Notes under the pieces: model-generated
What the model saw: only the letters and a program-made list of their open reading frames with translations
Databases searched by the model: none
What the model was told of the DNA's origin: nothing
Shown here: positions 37,600 through 51,200 of the stretch, in pieces
Layout of the letters: each line of letters begins with the position of its first letter
How positions within the stretch are numbered: position 1 is the first letter of the stretch
Origin: Leucoraja ocellata
Lineage: Eukaryota
NCBI GenBank assembly: GCA_036785375.1
Contig: JAWMAR010000070.1
Coordinates: 7,254,001-7,318,000, forward strand
Direction of reading: 5' to 3'
Length of the DNA: 64,000 nt
Made by a program: the position numbers and the translations under genes

Positions 37600-39090
37600 A
37601 GGGCCTGTCCCACTTGGCCGACATTTGCGGGACCTCGTCGTCACGTTGTGACGCACGAGTAGCGTGTGGGCGTCATGGGACGGTCACATGGAGAAGCGCG
37701 GAGGGGTATGGAGCTGCACGCGGTATCGCGCGGAGCTCCAGGATTTTGGAGTGCACAAATCTTCCCGTGCCTCCGGCGTGACGTATCACGTACGCACGCG
37801 GACGTCCTGACCTCGTACGTACAGAACTGTCGTGTACGAATCAACTATCACGAATATCTTGATTGCATATGCTTTTGATGGAGGAATGTAGGTGCATTTT
37901 GCAATGGAGTTTAGAAACATAGAAACATAGAAATTAGGTGCAGGAGTAGGCCATTCGGCCCTTCGAGCCTGCACCGCCATTCAATATGATCATGGCTGAT
38001 CATCCAACTCAGTATCCCGTACCTGCCTTCTCTCCATACCCCCTGATCCCCTTAGCCACAAGGGCCACATCTAACTCCCTCTTAAATATAGCCAATGAAC
38101 TGGCCTCAACTACCCTCTGTGGCAGAGAGTTCCAGAGATTCACCACTCTCTGTGTGAAAAAAGTTCTTCTCATCTCGGTTTTAAAGGATTTCCCCTTTAT
38201 CCTTAAGCTGTGACCCCTTGTCCTGGACTTCCCCAACATCGGGAACAATCTTCCTGCATCTACCCTGTCCAACCCCTTAAGAATTTTGTAAGTTTCTATA
38301 AGATCCCCTCTCAATCTTCTAAATTCTAGAGAGTATAAACCAAGTCTATCCAGTCTTTCTTCATAAGACAGTCCTGACATCCCAGGAATCAGAAAGTCCC
38401 CAGAGAATAAGTCATCTCTATTGAGTCATTTGTACCTGTATACATGTAGGTGACATATTGCCGTCGGCAGATCTGCCACGTTTGATGCTGATGATGATTC
38501 ACTAAAAATTGCAAATATTCGGACACTTGACACTCTTACAGAGTTTAAAACATTTTGTTCAAGGGGCAGCTGCACTGATAATTGAGTTTGCGGCTCAAGG
38601 TTCAATGTTAATGCAAGGTCAGGGAGTCAAAGAACAATATTTGGTATTTTGCTTATACGCAGAGTCGGCTCTGATTAATTTTATTTATTTATTTTTTCCT
38701 CCAGCTTCACTCACAACGTGTCAAGTTCTCGTCATGTTGAACCCCCATCTCACGCCCCCAAGGGAACGCGCAAAACTCACTTAATTAATGGGTGTTTAGC
38801 CATTCTCTCAGTGCAGGATACCATCCAACCGCAGTACAGCATGGAGCAAACGTATATTCCATGGGGGGGTGAGGGGAGGATGGGAACATAACCCAAAGCA
38901 ACCAATTTTCTGAATTACACCATAATTCGAAAGAAAATACAGTATTATGCACGGAACAACTTTCCACTGGGTATTCAAATGACGTCACGCGTTCCAGACG
39001 GCTGTGCTGACGCAGGAAGACGTGCGCGACTGTCGTGCATCAGTCCCCACTGGCCTGTCGTGTAAATGAGGGCCAAGTGTGACAGGCCCT
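37600..39090. mobile_element. PIF/Harbinger-type non-autonomous element containing a nested CR1 (37913-38390 minus)
   Basis: TIRs agggcctgtcccacttggcc / ggccaagtgtgacaggccct with a TTA duplication (37597-37599 and 39091-39093). Confidence 0.8.
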
Positions 39091-39944
39091 TTACAGTAGG
39101 GATCATAGCCCATAGTTAAACCAGAATCAGAGGTGCCACATTGACATGTGGAACTAAACCGGCATTATTCTACTATTAATACTATTATCACTTATGACCA
39201 AACCTGAACACAATACTGGGGAGAAAGCAGGAACAGGGTACTGATTCTGGATGATCAGCCATGATCAAGTTGAATGGCGAAGCTGGCTCGAAGGGCCTCA
39301 TGGACTACTCCTGCACCTATTTTCTATGTTTCTACTGTCAAACAGTTTATACAAGGTGCTATTACTGATTGAACAGGGTTTTTTTCAGTAGTATTTAGGT
39401 TATTAATTTAGTGAAGTCTTTTGTTTATTATATGTTATCTATGAGTATTGTGTTGACATCCTGTTCTGTGGCTGCAGGTAAGAATGTAATTGTTCCATTG
39501 TTGGTACATATGACAATTAAACACTCTTTAAAGTTTAGTTTAGTGATACAGCGTGGAAACAGGCCCTTTGGCCCACATAGTCCGCACCGGCCAGCAATCC
39601 CAACACATTAACACTATCTTACACAACAGGAACAAGTTTTACATTTATACCAAGCCAATTAACCGTTACATCCTTGGAAACCCACACAGGTGACGGGGAG
39701 AACGAACAAACTCCATAGACTTGATGGGCTGAATGGCCTAATTCTACTATTCCTTATGACCTTATGATCAACAATCAACCATATATTAATTCTATTCTAC
39801 ACACCAGGACATTTCTTGCACCTGCAGATCTTTGGAATGTGAGAGGAAACCAGAGCACCAGGAGGAAACCCAGGTGGTCCCAGGGAGAACATTTGTAGTG
39901 GAGCCTATTTGGAGGTTGTTGTGTCTAATTGCCTGACGTTGTAG

Positions 39945-40244
39945 GCCTGGGCTATTGTAAGTATCTATGAAAGGAGATCTGCTGCAGAAGCTTTGCACCG
40001 ACTGAACTATCTCTGCTACAAGTGTCTGTGCTCCATCAGAAATGTCAATGGCTCCTCTCCCTGCAGCAGAAGAGGAGGGGGCAAGAGAAGACTTTGTGCT
40101 AACCACATTGATGGTATGTACGGTGATCTGAGGGACCCAGCCAACGTCTATCGATGCTTTAGAGGAGAAGCAATTGCACAATATTGTGCCCGTGGATTAG
40201 TGTTTGCCAAAGAATGTAAATGTTGCAACAAGCTTGCCCTCTGA
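39945..40244 (+). CDS. Orphan terminal exon encoding a CBM14 (chitin-binding type 2) domain; 5' boundary uncertain
   Basis: LCANHIDGMYGDLRDPANVYRCFRGEAIAQYCARGLVFAKECKCCNKL has the same six-Cys spacing as the chia CBM14. AATAAA at 40307-40312. No recognisable GH18 exons upstream on this strand. Confidence 0.7.
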   Translation, partial: AWAIVSIYERRSAAEALHRLNYLCYKCLCSIRNVNGSSPCSRRGGGKRRLCANHIDGMYGDLRDPANVYRCFRGEAIAQYCARGLVFAKECKCCNKLAL

Positions 40245-41317
40245 AATACCGCACATGCTCAAATATCAAACTCTAACTAATCAAACAATAGATTCCACGT
40301 GTTGCAAATAAAAATGACACAAATTAATTGACTGAAAAATTATTTATTAAAATGATTTGTTAATTTGAAAGTTTGAGTGTGGGAGGAAGTCGGAGAAAAC
40401 CTACACAGGTCACGGGGAGAACGTGCAAACTCTGTACAGACAGCACCCGTTGTCAGGATCGAACCTGGGTCTCTGGCGCTGTGAGGCAGCAGCTCTACCC
40501 GCTGCGCAACGTGTCTGCATTCCTTTCTATACAACCAACATTCGCATTCACTCCAGGATGCTCACTGTTCTCGGCTGTAAAACTGCATGAGCCTGGATAA
40601 GTGGCTGCCGACAATGTTTGAAGGTCATGCTCTTTTTTGCTGACGGTGTTTGCGCGCTGATCATGACCTGCTGATATTCTGGCCGTCTTCTTTCGGTTGC
40701 AGAAAAAAACCCAATCAATAACATTTCAGCAGTGTCAATAGCATTCGGGAGCACTCACTGAATGATGGCCTGACATTCCAGAAATTAAAGCGATCAACAT
40801 GTCCCTATTGGGTTTTTACTGTTTAGTCCAATAGGCGGAGGCTACCAGTCCCATCCAGTCATGGGAAACATATCGCAATACGTCAGAGTCAACACCAGCT
40901 GCTGGGTGACCTGACATTTCAGAGAGAGATGTGATCGACGGTCATGGCAAGGTGACCTTGTTTACAGTGGAGCAGACACAAAGACTTGTAGAGTTCAATA
41001 GCACAGAAACAGGCCCTTCAGCCCACTGAATCATCCTACCACAACTAAAGAGCAGTCCTGCTCTGCTATCTACCTCATTGGTGACCCTCGGACTATCTTT
41101 GATCGGACTTTACTGGCTTTACCTTGCACTAAACGTTATTCCCTTATCATATCTATACACTGCAAATGGCTCGATTGTAATCATGTATTGTCTTTCCGCT
41201 GACTGATTAGCACGCAACAAAAGCTTTTCACTGTACCTCGTGACAATAAACTAAACTAAATTCCGTCCACACTTTTATACCAAGAAAGACAAGCCTGGAA
41301 CTTTTTGCCACTTGGAT

Positions 41318-41730
41318 AATTCCACAGACTCACAATTCTCTGTGAGAAAAAGTGTTCCCTCTTCTCCGTTCTAACTGGCTTACCCCTTATTCTTAAACTG
41401 TGGCCCCTGGTTCTGGACTCCCCCAACATCGGGAACATGTTTCCTGCCTCTAGCATGTCCAAACCCTTAAAAATCTTTGTTTCAATGAGATAACCTCTCA
41501 TCCTTCTAAACTCCAGAGTGTACAAGCCCAGCCGCTCCATTTTCCCAGCATATGACAGTCCCGCCATCCCGGGAATTAACCTTGTAAATACGCTGCACTC
41601 CCTCAATAGCAAGAATGTCCTTCCTCAAATTAGGGGACCAGAACTGCACACAATACTCCAGGTGTGGTCTCACTAGGGCCCTGTACAACTGCAGAAGGAC
41701 CTCTTTGCTCCTATACTCAACTCTTGTTAT
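41318..41730 (-). mobile_element. CR1-type LINE fragment
   Basis: [21 protein letters not shown] and [14 protein letters not shown]. Confidence 0.85.
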
Positions 41731-42275
41731 AAAGGAGGGTCTCAACTTGAAATGTCATCCATTCCTTCTCTCCAGAGATGCTGCTTGTCCCGCTGAGTTA
41801 CTCCAGCACTTTGTGTCGCACGGGTCAAGGTAGATTGGAAAGAAGGATGACAGACACAAAAAGCTGGAGTAACTTAGCGAATCAGGCAGCATCTCTGGAG
41901 GAAAGGAACAGGTGCCGTTTCGGGTGGAGATGTTTGGAGAGTCCACCACAGTCCACGGATGAGGTTCCAAGCTCCTCGGTAGCGGGGGAGAGTCAGACCC
42001 CTGGGAGAAGATGCTCCCATGTTGACTCTGCACACTGCGTTATCTAGTACCTTTGAACTTCAAACATTTCCTGCATTTCTACCCACATTTACCTTGTTCA
42101 CTATCACTGTTTAGTTGATCATTTATTGGAATTGCGGCTGCATTTCTCCCATTGCCCAGGTGACATTCTGACACTCTCCTGTTGTCATGGGATAATCATA
42201 GGCAGGTCAGACAGAGACCAGTGCACAGTGCTAACTGGCATCAGTGGAAGAACCTTCCCTGCACAAGAGGACAAG

Positions 42276-45200
42276 ATGGTAAAGATCATCTTCTGCGCTG
42301 GTAAGAATGACATTCAGCTATATATCTGAACAATCAGAAGCTCGGTTAATGGCCTTAAACCTTGCAAACATGATGGATTTTTTAATCAATTTCTTGAACC
42401 ATCCTGCACAACTCTAATCCTACCCAACCAATCACTACGAACCACACCTTGCGCTACTGTGGACTTGTTTTCTCATTGTGTATTGTTGCCCCAATGTCTT
42501 CAGATTTATTTTTCCAGTCTTTTTATTTTTCACCATCTTGTAGAGTGCTCCAGTTTTCTCCCACATGCCAAAGATGTGCGGGTTTGTAGGTTAATCAGCC
42601 TTGGTATATTGCCCCTAGTGTGTGGGGAGCCGGTGAAAAAGTGGGAAAACATAGAACTATTGCGAACTGTTGATCGATGGACTTGGTGGGCCACAGAGTT
42701 TCCATGATATATCTTTCAATCAATTCAATTTATACCTCATTTATGTGCAATTCATCTAATGTTTATGTATGTTTTCGTCTGTTGTCCGAGTCCAAGATTT
42801 TCTATATTTTGTTTCTATTATTTCAGTGGGATTCCTGCTGTTGTTACAAGCATACAATGGTAAGCAGCATGCACTGAATTTATCCCATACCAACACCATG
42901 AATATTTATGCCGTCATCGGTCAAAGTTAATCTAATCAGCTGTCGTTTGTTGCAGAGTGAAAATCTCAAATACAGGTGTTGATAGCAATTTACTGTAGAT
43001 CACAGTGAATGGCGGTGCTAGCTCGAAGGGCTAAATGGCCTCCTCCTGCACCTATTTTCTATGTTTCTACGTTAATCATTGTACGAAAATACTTTCATTT
43101 ATTGAGCACAATACTGGGGGTGGGAGATTGCAACCTTCACGTGGTCCGCCCTGTTTCGATTAATGCAATCAACCCGGCGGGCACAATCAAATAAGATCAA
43201 ATAGAACAAGTTGTCCGACAACTTTAGGCTGTGCACGCCATATGCAAGGGGATGAAGAAGAAGCACAAAGGTACACAAAATTGCTGGAGAAACTCAGCGG
43301 GTGCAGCAGCATCTATGGAGTGAAGGAAATAGGCAACGTTTCCGGCCGAAACCCTTCTTCAGACTGAATTAAGAAGAAGCACAATACTGGAGAACACAGA
43401 TATGTGACGATTTGGTGTAAGATTATTCTTCGGAATGAGTTTTGAAGCTGGGTCTCGACCTATCCATGTTCTCCAGAAATGATGCCTGACCCGCTGGGTT
43501 ACTCCAGCACGTTGTCTCTTTTTGTTTAAACCAGCATCTGCAGTTCTTTGTTTCTGCTTTCATTTACACAAAGGCTATCTGCCAGTAGGAAATGCTTCCA
43601 TTTCGAAGCTTCAAATGGGTTTTCTAATTGTATTTAATAAAAAAATCGATTGACAACTTTTTTGAAACCAGTTTTAAGCCAGGACTACAAGATAGTTTGT
43701 TACTATACAAACTGGGCACATAAACGAGGAAACTGCAAGTTCCTACCAGAAGATATCAACCCCAAGTTATGTACACATCTGATCTACGCCTTCGCTGTTA
43801 TTGGCAAGAACCATGAAATGGTCCCACAGCAGACAGAGGATGAAAACCTCTATGAGTCGTTTAATAATCTGAAGAAACGGTACGTGAATTTACGAGACCT
43901 TGCAACGATTGTTAACTTAAATGTTTAATTCCACTGCAAATCTCTTCACAGGAAACTATCACAATCAGTTGAGTGCAGGAGGATGAGGGGTGATCTCATT
44001 GAGGTGGATAAGATTATGTGAGGAATAGAGATGCACAGAGTCTCTTGCCGCGAGTAGTGGAATCGAGGACCAGAGGACATATGTTTAAAGTGAAGGGGAA
44101 AGATTTAATAGGAAGCTGAGGGGTAACTTCCTCACACAAAGGGTGGTGGGTGTATAGAACAAGCTGCCATAGGAGGTAGTTGAGGCTGGGACTATCCCAA
44201 CATTTAAGAAGCAGTTGGACAGGTGCATGGATAGGACAGGTTTAGAGGGATGTGGACAAAGTGTGGGCAGGTGGGACTAGTGTGGCTGGGACACGTTGGC
44301 TGGTGTGGGCAGTTTGGGCCGAAGGGTCTGTTTCCGCACTGTATCACTCTATGTCTATCTCACTTTTTTTTTAAATGAGGAATTGGTTTTCAAAATCTAT
44401 GCAGGAAATTACCATCAGCTTAATATTAAATATATGTATGAACATATTGTACCGTGCAGAAATGAGTCTAAAATAATGAGAGGAAATCTCTCACGAGAAA
44501 GGTTTCGGTGGTAACCATTAAGTGTCCTGTTAAAACAGTTAAGAGTTCAATACTGAAACTAATTAGTTAGTGTTGGCAAATAGACTTTTTTTTTCATAAT
44601 TCACAATTGCATTAAACCACTGTGGATTTATCCATCTTTAGTCATTTCCAATTCCCAAGCCTCCTTTAGTTTAGTTTGGTTTAGAGATATAGCGTGGAAA
44701 CAGGCCCTTCGGCCCACCGAGTCCGCACCGACCAGCAATTCCTGCGCATTAAGACTATCTTACCAATACACACACTAGGGACAGTTTACACTTAAACCAA
44801 GCCAATTAACCTACAAACCTGTAAATCTTTGGAGTGCGGGAGGAAACCGAAGATCTCGAAGAAAACCCACGCAGGTCACGGGGAGAACATACAAACACCA
44901 TGCAGACAGCACCCATAATCAGGATCGAACCCGTGTCTCTGGAGCTGCAAAAATCTGTAAGACAGTGCGGCCCAAAATTCTGATTTATTCAATTACTTCA
45001 ATTTAAATTTTGTACTGGCTATAGTGGGACTTGAACTCATATCCCTGGATCAATAATCCAGCTCCCAGTCCACTCATTTAACTGTTCTCCCCGTGACCAT
45101 GTGGGTTTCCTCCTCGTGCTCCGGTTTCCTCCCACTCTAAAGACACGCAGGCTTGTAGATTGAAGTAGGGTTTCGGCCCGAAACGTTGCCTATTTCCTTC

Positions 45201-48200
45201 GCTCCATAGATGCTGCTGCACCCGCTGAATTTCTCCAGCAATTTTGTGTACCTCAGGCTTGTAGATTAATTGGCTTCTATAAATTGTCCCCAGTGTGTGG
45301 GATAGAACAAGTGTACGGGGTGATCGTTGGTCTGAGCAGACTCGGTGGGCCGTAGGGCCTGTTCCCACGCTATATCTCTAAAACTAAACAGATATGACGA
45401 ATGTACAAATATGTAGCCTGTATGGACTCCATGTAGATGGGGTTTACATGTGTGCTTGTGTTATCCGTCTTAAATGGAATCTAAAAGAGTAACTTTACCC
45501 ATCAGCGTGTTATTTATTGGGTAAAGGACATGGAAACTGTAGCTTCAGACGGAGGCTGTTCCAGCTACCTTGTGTTGTTACTTCACATCACTTCAACATG
45601 GGCTGTGCCATAGAAAGCACTTCAGAGAATTGCTGTACTGACCTCCAAAAATGAAAAGTTGTTGATGGAGTCAGATTTATTTTTCTTGCCTTTGTGCTTT
45701 TTAAAAAATAAAATAATTTCCTCTGATTTCCACAGAAACCCAAACTTACGAACACTCTTATCCATTGGAGGCTGGAATTTCGGAACTGAAAAGTAAGGCT
45801 CTTTCTTGAATGAAATTTGAGAGAGAGCGCTGCCTTACAGCGCTGGACACACGGGTTCGATCCCGACCGAAAGTGTTGTCCATGTGGAGTTTGCACGTTC
45901 TCCATGTGACCATGTAGATTTTCTCCGGGGACTCAAGTTTCCTCCCACATCTGAAAGACATGTTGGATTAAAGGATAATCGGCCCCCTGTAAATTGCCCC
46001 TGGTGCGTAGGGAGTGGATGAGAAAGTGGGATCACATAGAACTCGTGATGATTATCGGCCTGGACTCGGTGGGCCGAGGGGATTCTTTCCATTTTAGTAT
46101 CTCTAAATTAAACTGATGACTGGGTCACTGACCACAAGAAAATACAGAACTATCCCAGATTGTGTGCCAGTAGATATGTATGCAATCAAACCTGTCTGCT
46201 TAACTGAGTAAAAGAGTTTAATAGATCACACTGAACTTCCGAAGACAGATAAACCGGATGTTTATTTTTATCACGTGATAAAATCCAATCATATCAGATA
46301 ACAAATTAACGCATCTATCCATGTACATATTGGTTTACAAAATTAATCCTTCAAAATGCCTGACTTTCATGGATTTGAAGTTTATTACATGGGTTTCTGT
46401 AATAAATGATCTGGAGTGAAACACAAAGCACTGGAGGAACTCAGCAGGTCAGGCAGCATCTGTGGAGGAAATGGTCAAACAATTCACACAAATTCATTCA
46501 TGTCATACACAAGTACTGCAAGAATATAAGACATAGGAGTAGAATTAGGCCATTCAGCCCATTGGGTGTGCAATAGTGATGGAAGGAACTGCAGATGCTA
46601 GTTTACAACGAAGATACACACAAAATGCTGGAGTAACTCAGCAGAACAGGCAGCATCTCTGGAGAGAAGGAATGGATGAGGTTTCAGGTCGAAACATCGC
46701 CCATTCCTTCTCTCCAGAGATGCCGCCTGTGTTACTCCAGCTTTGTGTCTATCCATAGTTCGACAGGTTGAGCAGAGAGAAAAATACCAGGGTGCAGAAT
46801 ATAGTTTTTCAGCATTGTAACGTAACAGTTCCAGAGAAAAAGTCAACTGTAGCAATGAGGTAGGTTGGAAAATGGGGACAGTGCCCCAGCTTATGGAAGA
46901 AAATAAGATCAGAGTCTGGTAGTGCACCCTTTCAAGCTTCCATATCATCTGCCCGACATTCAATCTCGTACAATAGGTGGAGCAAAGGGGGAGATACAGA
47001 GTTCAGAATAGTTCTCAACATTGTAGCGCATCAGTTCCAGAGATAAAGTCCAATTTCCGCAATGGGGTTGAGATGAATCAGGCAGTACTCTAGTTTATGA
47101 ATGGACCATTCAGAAGCATAATAACAGAGGGGAAGAAGCCATTCCTCAGTCTGGGAGTGGTGATATGAGGGTTATATCACTGGTATATTTGGGTCACCTC
47201 AGTGGATAACCGGTGAATGGAAAATAACAAGCACTAAACCTCACTCCAGGGTCCCGACTCGAAACGTGGTCTGTCCATTCACTCCACGGATGCTGCCAGA
47301 CCCGCTGAGTTACTCCAGCACTTTGTGTTTCTCTCCAGATCGTTTATTACAGAAATAAGAAACTTCAAATACTCAAAGTCTGGCATTTTGAAGGATTAGT
47401 TTTGTGGAATGGCAGTGTGCCGAGCAGCCATCAGGGGCCGTGTGTGTTGTCAGGTGGGAATATTTCACTATTATCCATCTGCTGAGTTTGGAAAACTCAA
47501 TTCTGAAAGGACTTGTAAAATTAAAAAAAGACACAAAGTGGCGAAGAAACTTAGAGAGTCTCTCAGCAACATGGAATGGTGATGTTTCGGGTTGGGATCC
47601 TTCTTCAGACGTTACAGTGGTGGGTGGGGGGGGAGCTGGATGAGTGTAGGGGGCATGATAAAGCCTGGCAAGTGCTAGGCAGGAAAATTCTGGCGTAATT
47701 CAGCGAGTCAGGAAGCATCTGTGGAGAATATGGATAAGTGACATCTTGGTTTGGACACTTCTACAGATGGATTGTTGTGAGGAGAGAGTTGGGGGAGAGT
47801 GATGGGTGGATACAGGTGAAGGCGTCCAGGACAGAAAGGTCAGTAGGGGATGAGAAGGGGAATTAAAATGGTTAGCAACCAGGAACTCCAGCAGAGCCAA
47901 GAGTTCTAGTAAAAAATAAAACATCCTTCTCAGCCATTTATCACAAGGCCAGAAGCTTTATGCATGAAGATTATGCTGACTACCTCCTTTCCAAACATAT
48001 TTCATGTCAGGTTCACCGCCATGGTTTCCAGTAAAGAAACTCGCTTACTATTCATTACGTCTGCCATCGAGCTTCTGAGGAAAGCGGAGTTTGATGGTTT
48101 AGACCTGCACTGGGAGTTCCCCGGCTTTAACCGCAGCCCACACGAAGACAAGCAACGCTACACTGACTTGGTCCAGGTGAGCTGAACGCATCACAAATCT

Positions 48201-51200
48201 CGAGACACAAGGAACTTGTCTGGACAAAGTTTTTACACAGAGGGTGGTGGGTGCCTGCAACGTGCTGCCAGGGGTGGTGGTGGTGGAGGCAGACACGGCA
48301 GTAACGTTCAATAAAGAATCTGGAGTGAAACACAAAGTGCTGGAGTAACTCAGAGGGTCAGGCAGCGTCTGTGGAGGGAATGGACAGCCGACATTTCGGG
48401 TCGCCACCCAGAAGTGAGGTTTAGAGGTTGTAAAACGTTCAATTCATGACAGCCACGTGGATATGCTGGGAATGGTGGGATATGGATCACGTTCAAGCAG
48501 AGATTAGTTTAACTTGGTATAGTGTCGGCACTGAAATACTGATAGATTTCCAAATGGAATCGGGATGCTAAAGAGTGGAGCAGTTTCCAAATGGAACAGA
48601 GAGTTTCCATATACTCTTCACTCAGAGGGTGGTGGGCAAAGATTCTACAGCGAGCAAGGTCGACCACTCGACGAAAAAGACGTAGTACGGTCATGGGCAG
48701 ATTCGTGGGTAATTTTCGGCCCCATTTCCGTAACCGGCTTCCGTCTCCGCACCAAAGATCCCGTAGCGGAGCAAAGATACTAGTGCGGAGATGGAAGCCG
48801 GTTACGGAAACATCCTCGTAAAAATAAAAGTTCTTTGGTAAAAATCTTCTCCTCATTTTCAGAATTTTAATTTATTAACACAAACTGTTCCTCCGCAACG
48901 TTGATTACACTGCGGGTCGGGTCGGGTTACTGGAATGGATGAAAAAAAGGCCCACGTTCCACTCCGTTGCATACTACATGTCAGCCCATTGCATTTAGCA
49001 GAAGTGGTCTATCTTGCTCCACTATATCTCACCAGGGACTAACTCTACTGAACGTTTTTCCTTCCATTATTTATTATGTAAAAGAATATGTGTGTTATGA
49101 TTGTGTTTATAATTTGTTTGGTTGTTTTGTTGTTTGTCTTTTGCACAAAAGTCCGCGAGCATTGCCACTTTCATTTCACTGCACATCTCATATGTGTATG
49201 TGACAAATAAACTTGACTTGACTATAGGATCATTGGGGTGGGTATATGGAATGAGCTGCCAAAGGAGGTAGTTGATGCAGGGGCTATAACATTATTTAAA
49301 AGATATTGGGAGAGGTACATGGCTAAAAAAGGTTTAGAGGGATGTGGGCGGAATGTGGGACCAGCGTAGATGGGGCATCTTAGTCGGCATGGGCAAGTTG
49401 GACTGAAGGGCCTGTTTCCACAATGTCTGACTCTCCGACTCAGAGTGGAACTTCAGTGACAAACAGCAAAGAGTCACCCACGCTTCGGCCCCATCTAGCC
49501 TTCTGGTCAGCTGAAACAAAGCATCTTTCCCAAGACCTTCGGCCTCTCCTTCACCCTGGGGCTGGCGTATTCCACAGGAAATAATGCAACCTAGTCATAA
49601 TCATTAATGATGAGAAACATTCCTATACATTCGTTCCTTCCTGAGCCGTCCTCTCACCAGCTAGAGAGTGGTCCTGACCTCCCAACCTCCTCATTAGAGA
49701 CCTTTGAATGATCTTTAATCGGACTTTACCTTGCAGTAGATGTTATGCCCTTTATCCTGTATCTGTACACTGTGGACGGCTTGATTTTAATCACCTATAG
49801 TCTAATCAATGATTGGATAGCACAGAAAAACCACTTAATTGTACCTCAGTAAACATGACAATAATAAACTAAACTAAACCGTTTGAAATCTCAATTTCAT
49901 TTTGGAAATCCATCCTTATTCCCATCTGTATCTGTTCTTGTGTATGGCTTGATTGGATTCAGGTATAGTGTTATGTAATTCAATGGAATAGTAATGACCA
50001 TGGTCTTGGTTCTTGGTTTCTTGGTCCTCCAAAATATTCCAGATGGAATTTAAACTGGAGGTGGTGAAGGGAGGGCTTAAGCCAGAAAGGGTTATTGGGA
50101 AGAAAGAGCTACTTTAAATGTAGTTGCATCTGGTTGGGTAACTATAGTTGGGTGGAGATTATTCCATGCTTTAATTGTGCGGGGGAAGAACGAATTGCTG
50201 TACCAACACATCTGTCTTTGTAGCTGGGATCACAAATTGGATCGAATGCCCTCGTCTGCTCCATGTTAATTATATATTCATTAAGTCCATGCCATTTGTA
50301 ATCTGTCGTTCATCAGATATCATTGATGTCATCTGCCTGACAAACTCTTCACTATTTTATTAACTAATAGGAACTCCAGGAAGAATTTATAAAGGAATCA
50401 AACGAGACCAACAAACCGCGATTGCTACTTTCTGCTGTTGTAGCATCTGGAATAAGAAACATTCAAGCAGGTTATGAAATAGAGAAGATTTCAGAGTACG
50501 TTGGGAGTTTATTTTGTACCTGGTGCGGCTTTAAGCTTTGAAGATGTTCATCGTAAAACTGAAAACAATGAGGAAAGACACAAAGTGAAAAGTAAATCAT
50601 CGGGTCAGGCAGCATCTCAAGAGAGCATGGATATGTTATGATTTGATCGAGACCCTTCCTCAGACTGATGAAGGATCCCATCCTGAAATGTCACCTATCC
50701 ATGTTCACCACAGATGCTGCCCGACCTGCTGAGTGGCTCCAACACTGTCCTTGGTAAACCAGCATCTTCAGTTCCTTGTTTCTACTGAAAATAATAACCA
50801 CGGCTTTGAATAAGGGCCAAGGCGTTACAAAACTATCCAATGAACACTTCAAACTGGGCAGGAGACACAAAGACATTTGCAACCAAGGAAAAATAATTGA
50901 GAACAAACTTACAAACCACTATGGTGGTAATATTAGTAATGCAAGAGGAGAGGGAGTGATGTGGTGAAAGGACCAGTGAAATGGAGACACAAGGAACTGA
51001 AGCTGCTGCGATCTTGATTAAAACACAAAGTGCTGGAGGAAGTCAGCACATCAGGCAGCATCTGCGGAGGGAATAGATGTTTTGGGTCGAGACCATTCTT
51101 CAAACCAGTGAACTGGTTGAGTTGGCAATAACTGGCTAGATGGATCTATACGGATCAATTACATTCTAATTTCCTATCACATAAGATTGACCAGGAGAGC

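Noticed and set aside
38705-38868. Exon-like segment starting FTHNVSS, resembling chitinase exon 5
   Set aside because: It lies inside the Harbinger-type element 37600-39090, and similarity ends after a few residues with no DxDxE remnant.
3237-40244. Splicing of Ig-V copy 1 to the orphan CBM14 exon to give a true VCBP fusion
   Set aside because: The V ORF has its own stop and poly(A) module and no convincing donor at the domain end. The CBM14 exon is 36 kb away across two antisense genes.
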